From positions 192,001-256,000 of the forward strand of contig JBDHZC010000003.1 in NCBI GenBank assembly GCA_039811685.1: a stretch of 64,000 bases of DNA, in the 5' to 3' direction. The position numbers and the translations under genes are program-made. Shown one piece after another: positions 47,875 to 58,096 of this stretch. The notes beneath the pieces are model-generated. The model was not told the origin of the DNA. It ran no database searches and saw nothing but the letters and a program-made list of their open reading frames with translations. The DNA comes from Armatimonadota bacterium (GTDB lineage Bacteria; Armatimonadota; UBA5829; DSUL01). Position 1 is the stretch's first letter; every line of letters starts with the position of its first letter.

Positions 47875-48815
47875 GTGGGAGGGACGGCTACGGCTTGTTG
47901 TTCGGAGCTCTGTGTTTGCCCCATCGCCTGCGCCAGAAGCTCCAGATCAAAGCCTTCGCTGCGCACACGCGCATCAAAATACAGCAGCACGGTCGGCACG
48001 CGGCCTATCGGCTCGGCAAAGCCGGCCAGGAGCCCGTAGGCCAGGCCGTAGATGCCGGCCAGCAGGAGGTTCGACGCCATGAGCTCGTTGGCCAGAGATA
48101 TGGGAGCTGTCAGGATAGACTGGATGATTCCAGCCAGAATAAGAACGACCAGAATTGTCCAGAAGCGCGTCCGCGCCAGTATCCACGCGCGTCGCGCTGC
48201 TTTGAAATACCAGACTTTCTCGATGATACATGTGGATGGGAGCATGGCAATCCACACCAGGCCTGCCAGCCACAGAACCGCCAGTACGACAAGGAATGGC
48301 GCCACGCCAATAACAAGAGCGACGATGGCGCCCGTGGATTGGGTGGCCAGCGCTACTGCAAGAACAGTAGCCAGCGCAGCCATCACCCCCAGATAAACAG
48401 CCATTGCCACCAACCCAATCGCCGCGAAGGTTCTTGCCAGTGGCCAGAACAGCTTGATCACAGCTTTGAATGCGCTGCTGATAGTAACATTGCGCGCGAG
48501 GTAGCGCTCTGCAACCGCATAGGTGAGCACAGCGCTGGAGAAAAGAGAGGCTGGAATCACAAACAGCAGGACTAACACGCTGGATACACCGCTCGAGATT
48601 GACGTCTGCATCTGGCCTTGCGCCTGTCCCATGTCCGGAAGTGGAATGAACGTGGCGATTATTGACCCCAGCAAATACGCCAGCATGCTCGCTGGCACGA
48701 CGAGAACCGAAGAAATTCCGAAGAAGAGCAGGAAGTTGCTGCGGTAAAGGTAGATGCTTTCGTCAACAAGACTGGTCGCATTGAGCGGTCGAAGAATGGG
48801 TCTGCCGGGTTGCAT
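47871..48815 (-). CDS. Multi-pass membrane protein (GPDPase membrane-domain-like), first gene of the MoxR operon
   Basis: LRPLNATSLVDESIYLYRSNF and LLYFDARVRSEGFDLE. Probable start at ATG 48815. Confidence 0.75.
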   Translation of the reverse strand: MQPGRPILRPLNATSLVDESIYLYRSNFLLFFGISSVLVVPASMLAYLLGSIIATFIPLPDMGQAQGQMQTSISSGVSSVLVLLFVIPASLFSSAVLTYAVAERYLARNVTISSAFKAVIKLFWPLARTFAAIGLVAMAVYLGVMAALATVLAVALATQSTGAIVALVIGVAPFLVVLAVLWLAGLVWIAMLPSTCIIEKVWYFKAARRAWILARTRFWTILVVLILAGIIQSILTAPISLANELMASNLLLAGIYGLAYGLLAGFAEPIGRVPTVLLYFDARVRSEGFDLELLAQAMGQTQSSEQQAVAVPPT

Positions 48816-48982
48816 ATGTTTTTCTCGTCGGGCAGAACTGAGCCCGGGCACATCCGCATGTCTCAGATCCCAGGACACGGTCATTCTACCACCCGCGCCA
48901 CACAAACTACAACTGAAGCTTTAGTTTCGCTCTACACGTAAAGACAATCCGCGCGAAACACGGCTTACGGCTTCTGTTCCTC

Positions 48983-49045
48983 TTGACATCACAGAGGTCG
49001 CTGCGCAATAATCAAGCGGGTGACGCCATGTCATACTTTTCATAC
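48983..49045 (+). promoter_or_regulatory. Promoter and TCATAC direct repeat upstream of the AbrB-like gene
   Basis: TTGACA-18 nt-AATAAT, then TCATAC-TTT-TCATAC (49031-49045) just before the GGAG RBS. Confidence 0.45.
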
Positions 49046-49059
49046 GAATAGGAGCAATC

Positions 49060-49312
49060 ATGCCTTCTTGTGATTCGCTCGAAGATCAGTTCTTCGGTAC
49101 CGTGACGGTTGGGGAGCGAGGGCAGGTTGTCATTCCAGCGGAGGCGCCTAGGTATCAACACTGGAGACAAGCTGCTCGTTATGGCGCATCCACCGTCCAA
49201 TGGCGTCATCCTCTGTGGCGTCGAAGCCATGCGCGACTTTCTCAGCAAGTTCATGAAAGGGCTTGAACGAATGAGTGACACGGAGGCATCGGACCACGCC
49301 AGTGAACGATAG
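49060..49312 (+). pseudogene. Frameshifted AbrB/MazE/SpoVT-family regulator
   Basis: One frame gives FFGTVTVGERGQVVIPAEA and another gives RRRLGINTGDKLLV. Both read the same GCGGAGGC at 49138-49145. Confidence 0.8.
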
Positions 49313-50711
49313 CGTTTGTAAATTTCTCTCGACTCTCGCAGTGGCCTTTCTACTCACGGTGAGTGTGCCTGCGCTCTCAGCGGTCAACAACACGGATCTT
49401 CCGCAGGTTCCCAAACCCAGCGCGGAGCCGTCCAGCCCGCCACAGACTCTGGAAACAACGGAAGCCAATCCTCTTACGCTCAATCAGGCTGTCAATTTGG
49501 CTTTGGCTCACAATCCGGGTCTGTCAATCGCCAAGGAAGCCTACCGGCGCGCTGGAGGTGTGCTTGTCCAGGCCCGTGGCGCACGGCTGCCGAATCTCAG
49601 CATTAATGCCAGCTATCAAAGGTTTGATAAGGTTGAGACGGCTACTTTTGGGACGCCTCCAAATACGCAGAAAGTTGAGTTGGGGCAGATTGACTCCAAG
49701 CGCGCTACCGCCACTCTCGCACAGCCTGTCGACGTCTCGGGAGCGCTCGGAGCAGGCGTGAGTGCAGCGCACTACCAACAGCGGGCTGCGCTGTACGATT
49801 TCGAAACCAATCGTCAGCAGCTTCTTCTCGTTGTTCGCCAGAATTATTACGCATTGCTGCAGGCGCTTGAGCAGGAGCGCGTTGCAGGGGAGTCCGTGGC
49901 GCTCTACAAAGAGCAGCTTCGCCTGGCAAACGTGCGTCTGGAAGCGGGTTCCGCTCCGAAGTTTGACGTGCTTCGCGCACAGACTGATCTGGCCAATGCC
50001 GAGCAGACCTTGATAAGCGCGCAAAATGGCGTGCGGATTGCGGAGATTGCCCTGGCAAATACACTGGGCGTGCGTCTGGTTTTTCCTGTGCGTCTCCAGT
50101 CTCCAGATATCCAGCCGCGTACGTTGCCAGAAGTTGACCAGCTTATCAAGGAAGGAGAGTCCAGCCGTCCGGAAGCTGAAGCGAATGAGGCTTCGATCGA
50201 GGCCGCAAAAAAAGGCATCCACATTGCGCGAGCAGGTCTCTCGCCCTCTCTTCAGTTGGCCTTTCACTACAACTACAACGGGAACACAACACTCTTTCAG
50301 CCGCGGCAGTTCACCTCTGACCTGCTCCTCAGCGTTAGTATCCCCATTTTTGATGGAGGCGTCACAAGAGGCAGGATTGAGCAGGCCAAGGCCAACCTGG
50401 AAACAGCAAAGGCAAGCTACGATCAGACAGACCTCAATATCCGGCTGGACGTAGAGCAGGCGTATGTCAGCATTCAAAACGCTGAGAAGCGTCTTGCGAC
50501 AGCGCAGACAACTCAAGCGCAGGCGCAGGAAGCGCTGCGCCTCGCTCAGGTGCGCTATGAAGCGGGTGTCGGGACACCTGTTGAAATCACCGATGCTGAG
50601 GTCGCCTACACTCAAGCGCAGACCAACGTTGTCAATGCGCGCTACGATGTGCTTCTTGCCTATGCGCGCCTTGCCCGGGCCACCGGGGAGCCGTCTTACG
50701 CACTCGATTGA
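49302..50711 (+). CDS. TolC family outer-membrane efflux protein
   Basis: LTLNQAVNLALAHNP, FDVLRAQTDLANA, VSIPIFDGG, ALRLAQVRYEAGVGT..EITDAE. Confidence 0.9.
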   Translation: MNDSVCKFLSTLAVAFLLTVSVPALSAVNNTDLPQVPKPSAEPSSPPQTLETTEANPLTLNQAVNLALAHNPGLSIAKEAYRRAGGVLVQARGARLPNLSINASYQRFDKVETATFGTPPNTQKVELGQIDSKRATATLAQPVDVSGALGAGVSAAHYQQRAALYDFETNRQQLLLVVRQNYYALLQALEQERVAGESVALYKEQLRLANVRLEAGSAPKFDVLRAQTDLANAEQTLISAQNGVRIAEIALANTLGVRLVFPVRLQSPDIQPRTLPEVDQLIKEGESSRPEAEANEASIEAAKKGIHIARAGLSPSLQLAFHYNYNGNTTLFQPRQFTSDLLLSVSIPIFDGGVTRGRIEQAKANLETAKASYDQTDLNIRLDVEQAYVSIQNAEKRLATAQTTQAQAQEALRLAQVRYEAGVGTPVEITDAEVAYTQAQTNVVNARYDVLLAYARLARATGEPSYALD

Positions 50712-51667
50712 CCGCAGACCTCCAGACGACGGATGAACCTTGTCTTATCGCGGCAGGTCTATCGAAGAGGTTCGGCAGCTTTACTGCGGTCGATCGTCTG
50801 GACTTGAAGGTGGACAGGGGACAGACATTCGGATTTCTGGGCCCCAACGGCGCTGGAAAGTCCACCACGATCAGGATGATGCTTGGTCTGGTGAGTCCGA
50901 GTGCGGGAGTTGTGACTCTGCTTGGTCGCGACGTGGCCCTGGAGCGTACCAAGGCGCTGAAACGTGTCGGGGCCATGGTCGAGATTCCCGCCTTTTACTC
51001 GTATCTGACGGGGCGGCAAAACGTGCGACTCTTCGCCCGTCTGTCCGGCGGCGCATCAGAGGACGATGTCACTCAGGCGCTCAAACTCGTTGGGATTTTG
51101 CACCGGGCAGATTCCAAAGTCAGGACGTATTCACACGGGATGAAGCAAAGGCTTGGCATCGCCTCGGCGCTGGCTCCTCGGCCAGATCTGGTGATTCTGG
51201 ATGAGCCAACCAACGGACTTGATCCGGAGGGCGTACGCGAGGTGCGAGACCTGATTCGCGATCTCGGCACAAGGCACGGAATGACAGTGTTTCTGTCCAG
51301 CCATTTGCTTCACGAGGTTGAGCAGGTTTGTTCGCACGTTGCCGTTATTGCAAACGGCCGGCTTATGGTGCAGGGCGCCGTTTCACAACTTCTCGGCAAC
51401 CATTTTGGACCTGTTGAGTTTGAAGTCGATCGGCCAGAAGAAGCTGCGGCCCTGATCCAGGCTACCATGGGACTTGCTCCGCACTGGACGGACGACACGC
51501 GGGTGGCGATTCACATGGACCGAGCGCAAGCGGCAGAGGCAAATACTATTCTCGTTGGAAAGGGTTTCAAAGTCAGCGCGATTGAGCGCCGAAAACAGAC
51601 GCTGGAGGATGTGTATCTGCAGCTCGTACGGGACCAGGCGGAAGTGGAGGCTGCTGAGCTGCAGTGA
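50708..51667 (+). CDS. ABC transporter ATP-binding protein (BcrA/ABC-2 type)
   Basis: GPNGAGKST, YSHGMKQRLG, ILDEPTNGLDP, SSHLL. Confidence 0.93.
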   Translation: MTADLQTTDEPCLIAAGLSKRFGSFTAVDRLDLKVDRGQTFGFLGPNGAGKSTTIRMMLGLVSPSAGVVTLLGRDVALERTKALKRVGAMVEIPAFYSYLTGRQNVRLFARLSGGASEDDVTQALKLVGILHRADSKVRTYSHGMKQRLGIASALAPRPDLVILDEPTNGLDPEGVREVRDLIRDLGTRHGMTVFLSSHLLHEVEQVCSHVAVIANGRLMVQGAVSQLLGNHFGPVEFEVDRPEEAAALIQATMGLAPHWTDDTRVAIHMDRAQAAEANTILVGKGFKVSAIERRKQTLEDVYLQLVRDQAEVEAAELQ

Positions 51668-52503
51668 GCACTTTTGGGCTGTTTGGCATAGAGATATTCA
51701 AGCAGTTTCGTCGCCTGCGCACGCACATCGGAACATTTGGGCTGCTGGGCATTGTGCTGGCTGTGGCCATCGGGTTGAAGTACGGAGATGCTTCTCACTT
51801 TGTTGGGCGGCTCACCCGGCAGCCGAACTTTCAGATTTACGGCTCGCCCGTCAACGCGCTCTTTCTGGCCAGAGTCGTACTGCCGATGACAGTCTTTCTC
51901 TTTCTCCCTCTGTTCGTGAGTCTGGTGGCAGGTGATCAGATTTCCGGGGAGGCTGCAGACGGAACCCTGCGCACTGTGCTGACTCGCCCTGTAAATCGTT
52001 TCGCATTGTTGAGTGCAAAGTTCACTTTGGCCATTGTCTATGTGGGGGCATTGACGGCCTTTCTCGGGGTGGCGGCGCTGACTGTAGGCTGGGCCCTGTT
52101 TGGTGTCGGTGGGCTGGTGAGCTTCGGGTGGGATGGAGTCAGCTACTTTGGGATAGCAGAAGGGGTGCACCGGCTGACCCTCTCCTACGGACTGGCAGCA
52201 GTGTATGTGTTGGCGGTCGCAAGTGTAGCTTTTCTCGTTTCTACCCTGTCCAGCAACTCGCTCGTGCCCATCGGAGTCACAATGGCTTTGATGGTGATGT
52301 GTGGTGTGCTCGGGCAGATCCCATACTTTGAATCTGCTAAGCCTTACCTTTTTACGACATACTCGGAGCTGTTCTTGCGCGCCTTCGACGTCCCGGTAGA
52401 CTATCCCGCCTTGCGTCACGGAGTTTTTGCCCTTCTTGTGTACGTTGTCGCGTGCTTCTGCGTCTCAGCGCTGATATTCACACGAAAGGATATCCTCTCT
52501 TGA
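51664..52503 (+). CDS. ABC-2 type transporter permease
   Basis: AGDQISGEAADGTLRTVLTRPVNR..LLSAK; about six TM segments; ends FTRKDILS. Confidence 0.88.
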   Translation: MSTFGLFGIEIFKQFRRLRTHIGTFGLLGIVLAVAIGLKYGDASHFVGRLTRQPNFQIYGSPVNALFLARVVLPMTVFLFLPLFVSLVAGDQISGEAADGTLRTVLTRPVNRFALLSAKFTLAIVYVGALTAFLGVAALTVGWALFGVGGLVSFGWDGVSYFGIAEGVHRLTLSYGLAAVYVLAVASVAFLVSTLSSNSLVPIGVTMALMVMCGVLGQIPYFESAKPYLFTTYSELFLRAFDVPVDYPALRHGVFALLVYVVACFCVSALIFTRKDILS

Positions 52504-53219
52504 AGACTGTGCGCGTCACTGTGATCGGGCTGCTGCTTGTCACCGTGCTGGCGGCCAATGCCAGGACGGATGCGTTGATTGAGAAGCTTCGCGCGCAACT
52601 GGCGAGAGTGAAGGACTACCGGTGCGACGTCATCCTCAACGCCCGCCTGCCGTCCTTCACTGTCAGTAATATGCGCATGGCGTTGTACTACAAGCGCCCG
52701 AATAAGCTGCACGTTGAAGCTAAAGAAGGTTTTGCCATGCTGCCGGAAGAGGGGTTGTACCTGGGTGACCCTGTGGAAGAGACTCTGCGATCTTACAACC
52801 TCATCCGCCTGGGCGACGTGAAGTGGCAGGGTAGGGCGGCAGTCAAGTATGCTCTGCGGCCCAAAGTTGACAGCGCGGCTCCCCTGGCGTCGGCTCGCAT
52901 TTTTGTTGACAAGGCGCGCGCTGTTCCACTGGGATTCACGGGGGCATCTCCGCAGTTTGGGGATGTCACGACGGTGTTTTCTTACAGCCTGGTTGAAAAG
53001 AAGTTCTGGCTGCCGACTAAGACTGTATTCACTATGAAGTATGCGCCAAAACACTCCGCTGACGGCCGAGTGGTGGAATCCCGTTCTGGTAACGCAACAC
53101 TAACCTATTCCAACTACAAAATCAATACCAATCTGCCGGATTCACTGTTCAAACGTCCGGCGAAATCTGGCTCAAGCGCGGGGCCGCGCGCAGGGAGGCA
53201 AGGGAGAGGACGCAAATGA
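52500..53219 (+). CDS. Periplasmic LolA-like / outer-membrane lipoprotein-sorting fold protein
   Basis: TTG start after AAAGGA; signal peptide ..AANA-R; YYKRPNKLHVE; YSNYKINTNLPDSLF. Confidence 0.7.
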   Translation: MKTVRVTVIGLLLVTVLAANARTDALIEKLRAQLARVKDYRCDVILNARLPSFTVSNMRMALYYKRPNKLHVEAKEGFAMLPEEGLYLGDPVEETLRSYNLIRLGDVKWQGRAAVKYALRPKVDSAAPLASARIFVDKARAVPLGFTGASPQFGDVTTVFSYSLVEKKFWLPTKTVFTMKYAPKHSADGRVVESRSGNATLTYSNYKINTNLPDSLFKRPAKSGSSAGPRAGRQGRGRK

Positions 53220-54760
53220 GCGTTTCAACCAACTATCCAGAGAGAACTCTGGTCTTCGTAGCTGTTGTACTGGCAGCAGTGTTGACGGCTGGTTGTGGAA
53301 AGAAGCCTCCGCAGAGCCAGTCACCGACAGCCACGGCGGTGGAGGTCGCTCAGGTGGAAAGGGGCGCCATCGAGGACGTCATCGAGGTTACTGGCACTGT
53401 TCGCGCGCTTGAGGACGTCACGCTCTCGGCAAAGCAGGGCGGAAAGGTTACGCTGGTGCCTTTTCGCGAGGGAGACAGAGTTACCAGTGGCGCGGTAGTC
53501 GTGCAGCAGCAGCGCGAAGATCTCCTCAACGCCCTTGAATCCAGCAAGGCCTCTGCGTCCTCGGCGCAGACGCATCTGACTCAGGCTCGCACGGCGTCTC
53601 AGGTCCAGGATGTCACCAGCGACACCACGCTGCGTCAGGCTCAGCAGGCTCTGTCAGTTGCTCAGCAGAGGCTTGCAGTCGTGAGGCAGGGCGCGCGAAC
53701 GCAGGAAGTTGCTCAGGCTCAGGCCGCTGTGGAAGCTGCCCGGGCGAACGCCTCCAACGCACAGACGTCTCTTGAGCGCACCCGCAAGCTCTACAACCAG
53801 GGCGCTGTCGCCCGCGCAAACCTGGATGCAGATGAACGGGCCTACGATGTCGCGCAGGCAAACTTGCGCTCGGCTCAGCAGGCGCTTTCACTGACCAGAG
53901 CTGGAGCAAGGCCCGAAGAGGTTCGCCAGGCCGAGCTTGCTGTGCAACAGGCGCGGGAGCAGGTGTTGCAGGCTCAGGCAAACCTCAAGCAAAAGGAGCT
54001 TCGGCAGCAGGATATTCGCTCAGCAGAGGCGGCGCTTCAGCAGGCCCGAGCCGGTGTGGCGATGGCGCAACAGGCGCTTGCGGACAGCAGTATCCGGTCG
54101 CCTATCCGTGGCGTTGTCGCTCAGCGAAGCGTCGAGCCCGGGCAGATGGTTGCGCCCGGATCTCCACTAATTCGCGTCTACAACCCGGTTACCGTGTACT
54201 TTGAGGCCACCATTCCAGAGGTTAGCGTGGCTGAGACCAAACCAGGTCAATTTGTTTCCGTGCGCACAGACGCCGTCCCGGGCCGCCGCTTCCATGGGAA
54301 GGTCGTCGAAATCTACCCGGCTGCTGACACCGCAAACAGGTCCTTCAAAGCCCGTGTGTCGGTGTCCGACGCGGGTACCGATCTCAAGCCCGGAATGTTC
54401 GCAAAAGGCGACATTGAAGTTGAGCGCCACCAGAACGCGCTGATTCTGCCGCGCGATGCTCTTGTCAGTACGTCTGACGGGCAGAAAGTTTTCCGGGTCG
54501 TCAAAGCGCCGGTCCAGCGGCCGAAAGCTGGAGCCAGGCCGGACGGTAAAGGCAAGGTCCCGATGGAGACTGTAGACGGGGCGGTTGTGCGTCTGCGCTC
54601 GGTGTCAACGGGATTGGCGAACGGAACGCGGATAGAAATCACAGAAGGTCTGTCAGACGGTGACAGAGTGGTTCGTACGGGCCAGGCTTACCTCAAAGAC
54701 GGACAGGAGGTCAACATCGTTGACTCCTCCGGTGAGGATACGGAGGCACAGGCCAGATAA
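53216..54760 (+). CDS. RND efflux periplasmic adaptor (MFP) lipoprotein with a long coiled coil
   Basis: Lipobox LTAGC, long AQ-rich heptad region, IRSPIRGVV, LKPGMFA, GLSDGDRVV..G. Confidence 0.9.
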   Translation: MSVSTNYPERTLVFVAVVLAAVLTAGCGKKPPQSQSPTATAVEVAQVERGAIEDVIEVTGTVRALEDVTLSAKQGGKVTLVPFREGDRVTSGAVVVQQQREDLLNALESSKASASSAQTHLTQARTASQVQDVTSDTTLRQAQQALSVAQQRLAVVRQGARTQEVAQAQAAVEAARANASNAQTSLERTRKLYNQGAVARANLDADERAYDVAQANLRSAQQALSLTRAGARPEEVRQAELAVQQAREQVLQAQANLKQKELRQQDIRSAEAALQQARAGVAMAQQALADSSIRSPIRGVVAQRSVEPGQMVAPGSPLIRVYNPVTVYFEATIPEVSVAETKPGQFVSVRTDAVPGRRFHGKVVEIYPAADTANRSFKARVSVSDAGTDLKPGMFAKGDIEVERHQNALILPRDALVSTSDGQKVFRVVKAPVQRPKAGARPDGKGKVPMETVDGAVVRLRSVSTGLANGTRIEITEGLSDGDRVVRTGQAYLKDGQEVNIVDSSGEDTEAQAR

Positions 54761-57700
54761 ATGATCACAGCGGCTGCCATTCGCCGGCCGGTTTTCGTTA
54801 CGATGTTGTTCCTGGCCGTCGTCCTCATGGGTTGGATCGCTCGGGCGCGCATGCCTGCCGAGATGCGCCCGAAAGTGGACCTTCCCTTCATCACTATCGT
54901 CACCACCTATACTGGCGCCGGGCCCCAGGAGATCGAAACGCTCATCTCCAAGCCCATTGAGGACGCGGTCGGCTCAATCTCGCGACTGAAGAACATCACA
55001 TCAACTTCGCAGGACGGCATATCTGTTGTCAGCCTGGAGTTTGAGTTGGGGACAGACATTGACGCCGCAGCGGCGGATGTGCGCGAGAAAGTTGACAGCA
55101 TCCGCCGCCAGCTCCCTAACGAGATTGATCCCCCCAGCATCACAAAGGCGGATATCTCCGCCCAGCCTGTTATGTCCATTGGGATGGAGGGGCCGATCTC
55201 ACCCCGCGACATGCGCTACTTTGCGGACGAGGTCGTCAAAGACCGGCTGGCCCGCGTTCCAGGCGCGGCCGCCGTGGCGGTTTCGGGCGGCGATGTGCGC
55301 GAGATTCAGGTTCTTGTGGACAAGAGGCGATTGGACGCCTACAACCTCACGATCAACGACGTCGCTCTGGGCATTCAGCGAGAAAATATAAATGTCCCTG
55401 GTGGGAGCATCAAACAGGGACGCCAGGACTATGCGATCCGCGTTGTAGGAGAGTTTGACTCCGCACAGACGCTGGCGAACATGCGCCTGCACATCCCGGA
55501 TACACGCGGCGGTGGCCCTGGCTGGAACATTGCGCTGTCTGATGTTGCGACGGTCAAAGACACTATCGAAGACCCGGATCAGATTTCAAAGCTGAACGGC
55601 AAACCAGCCGTCATCCTGGCCGTTCAGAAACAGACCGATGCCAACACTGTTGATGTGGCCGATGGAGCAAAGAAAGAGCTGGCTGGCCTTCAGCCGATTC
55701 TTCCACCGGGGGTCAAGTTCATTATCGCTACTGACGAATCCGACTTTGTCAAAGAGCAGCTTCACGATACCAACCGCGAATTGTTGTTCGGAATTCTTCT
55801 TGTTGTCATTGTCGTCTTTGTCTTCCTGCACAGCGCCCGCGCAACACTGATTGTCTCTATAGCCATCCCCACCTCGATTATCGCCACGTTCCTGCCTATG
55901 TCATGGTTCGGCTTTACGCTGAACTTTATGACGATGCTTGCTCTGTCGCTTGCGGTGGGAATTCTCGTTGATGACGCGATCGTCGTCCTTGAAAACATCG
56001 ATCGTCACCTCGAAGAGGGAGAACCTCCGCGCGAAGCTGCCATTAACGGGCGCACCGAGATCGCTCTCGCCGCCGTCACGATCACCATGGTGGATGTGGT
56101 TGTCTTTATCCCCATCGCGTTTATGGGCGGCATTGTTGGAGAGTTCTTTCGGTCTTTCGGCATTACTGTCGCTACGGCCACCCTGTTTTCTCTACTCGTC
56201 AGCTTCACGCTGACGCCGATGATGGCTTCTCGCTTTTACAAGCGGGCGACCAAACAGACCAGGCGGAAGCACGAGCTGGAGCGCCACGGGTTTTGGGAGC
56301 GCTTGTTTGAGAGGTTTGAAGCTCGGTATCAGCGCCTTGAGAAGAACTACGAACGCCTTCTACACTGGTCGCTGGAGAATCGCTGGCTCACATTTGTCAT
56401 TGGCCTCGTCAGTCTGACAACCGTCTTCATCATGCTTTCTCCGCCGATATGGGCTGGAGGGCTGCCGCCGCGTCTGTTCAATCTGATCGTCTTTGTGCTT
56501 ATTCTTGGTTTGCTGGCAACTCGATTGTCACCCAGCAAGAGCGTCGGTCTTTTGTTCATGTTGATCGCGGGTCTGCTGAGCCTGTTTGTCCATCTTCCTA
56601 TTAAGGGTGAGTTTATTCCTGAAGTGGATCAGGGGCAGATTGGCATCAGTGTCGAAGCTCCTGCGGGTAGCAGCTTGAAGTACACAGAGCGGATCACTAA
56701 CCGCCTGGAGGGCATGCTCAAGACGCTGCCTGAGACCCGGTACTATCTGACCAGCCTCGGGTCTGCCAGTGCAGGCGCCTTCGCCGGAGCCGGCAATACC
56801 GGCCCCCAGTACGCGCGTATTTCGCTTCAGCTTGTGGACAAGACTGACCGGCGGCGCGGGATGGATGAAATTATGGTTCAGCTGCGCCAGGAGATTGCCC
56901 GCTCCATCGCAGGCGCAAAGATAACAGTAGCTTCCGCAGATAGCCAGGGCGGGGGTGGCACACCAATCGCAATGGAAGTCACTGGCGCCGATATGCAGGA
57001 GCTGAACCGGGTCGCCAACCGCGTCGCTGAGGTCATTCGCAGTGTCCCCGGCGCGCGCGATGTGGATACTTCGTGGAAAATCGGGCGTCCCGAACTCGAA
57101 ATCCACGTTGACCGGGACCGCGCTATGGACGTCGGCATTTCAACAGCCCAGATTGCCCAGGCCGTTCGCACATCTGTTGAGGGTGATACAACCAGCAAGT
57201 TCCGCGTTGAGGGGACAGAGTACAACATCCGCGTCCAGGTGCGCGAGCAAGATCGCGCGCAGCTCGAGAGTGTCAAACAGCTTATCGTCGGTACTGCTAA
57301 TGGCGCGCCGGTCTATCTGGATTCTGTGGCAGATGTCCGGCTTGCGGCAGCGCCCACTAAAATTGACCGCAAGAACCGCCAGCGCCTGGTAACAGTCAGT
57401 GCCTTTCTGCAGCCTGGCGCGCCACTGGCTAACGTCCAGCAGCAGATTAGTAATCGTCTCGCGAGTCTGCCCACCGGAAACACGACCATCAGAATTGGCG
57501 GCACTTCTCAGATGATGCAGGAGAGCTTTAGGTATATCATCAGCGCCCTTTTGCTCGCTATTGCTCTGGTTTATATGCTGCAGGCGGGGTTGTTCGAGTC
57601 TCTGTTCAATCCTCTGGTCATTATGATCAGCCTTCCACAGGCGCTTGTCGGAGCAATCCTTATGCTGGTTGCCCGTGGGCAGTCGCTGTCCATTACCTCG

Positions 57701-58096
57701 ATGATCGGCTTCATCATGTTGATGGGCATCGTCACCAAGAACGCCATCCTGCTTATAGACTACACCAATACCCTGCGCGCGAGAGGCTTGTCCCGGCGGG
57801 AGGCCATCCTGCAGGCGGGGCCAACCAGACTGCGGCCGATCCTGATGACCACTTTCTCACTGCTGGCTGCTCTGACACCTACTATGCTGTTTCCTTCGCG
57901 GGGCTCCGAGCAGCGAGCGCCTCTGGCCACCGCCGTGGTAGGTGGTCTAATCGTCTCCACCCTCCTGACTTTGCTCGTTGTGCCTGCAAGCTACAGTATT
58001 ATGGAGGATGTTCTCATTCGTTTAAGACGAGTATTTGGAGGGTTGCTTGAAAGAGTATCCCGCATTGTCGGTCTGAAGAAAGAGGGCGGCGAATGA
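54761..58096 (+). CDS. RND permease (AcrB/AcrD/AcrF family)
   Basis: IRRPV, GILVDDAIVVLENI, SFTLTPM, GIVTKNAILL, RLRPILMTT, GGLIVSTLLTL. Confidence 0.95.
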   Translation: MITAAAIRRPVFVTMLFLAVVLMGWIARARMPAEMRPKVDLPFITIVTTYTGAGPQEIETLISKPIEDAVGSISRLKNITSTSQDGISVVSLEFELGTDIDAAAADVREKVDSIRRQLPNEIDPPSITKADISAQPVMSIGMEGPISPRDMRYFADEVVKDRLARVPGAAAVAVSGGDVREIQVLVDKRRLDAYNLTINDVALGIQRENINVPGGSIKQGRQDYAIRVVGEFDSAQTLANMRLHIPDTRGGGPGWNIALSDVATVKDTIEDPDQISKLNGKPAVILAVQKQTDANTVDVADGAKKELAGLQPILPPGVKFIIATDESDFVKEQLHDTNRELLFGILLVVIVVFVFLHSARATLIVSIAIPTSIIATFLPMSWFGFTLNFMTMLALSLAVGILVDDAIVVLENIDRHLEEGEPPREAAINGRTEIALAAVTITMVDVVVFIPIAFMGGIVGEFFRSFGITVATATLFSLLVSFTLTPMMASRFYKRATKQTRRKHELERHGFWERLFERFEARYQRLEKNYERLLHWSLENRWLTFVIGLVSLTTVFIMLSPPIWAGGLPPRLFNLIVFVLILGLLATRLSPSKSVGLLFMLIAGLLSLFVHLPIKGEFIPEVDQGQIGISVEAPAGSSLKYTERITNRLEGMLKTLPETRYYLTSLGSASAGAFAGAGNTGPQYARISLQLVDKTDRRRGMDEIMVQLRQEIARSIAGAKITVASADSQGGGGTPIAMEVTGADMQELNRVANRVAEVIRSVPGARDVDTSWKIGRPELEIHVDRDRAMDVGISTAQIAQAVRTSVEGDTTSKFRVEGTEYNIRVQVREQDRAQLESVKQLIVGTANGAPVYLDSVADVRLAAAPTKIDRKNRQRLVTVSAFLQPGAPLANVQQQISNRLASLPTGNTTIRIGGTSQMMQESFRYIISALLLAIALVYMLQAGLFESLFNPLVIMISLPQALVGAILMLVARGQSLSITSMIGFIMLMGIVTKNAILLIDYTNTLRARGLSRREAILQAGPTRLRPILMTTFSLLAALTPTMLFPSRGSEQRAPLATAVVGGLIVSTLLTLLVVPASYSIMEDVLIRLRRVFGGLLERVSRIVGLKKEGGE

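Noticed and set aside
53580..54080. Repetitive CAGGC/GCTCAG-rich DNA
   Set aside because: It reflects the Ala/Gln coiled-coil heptads of the MFP, not a DNA repeat element.
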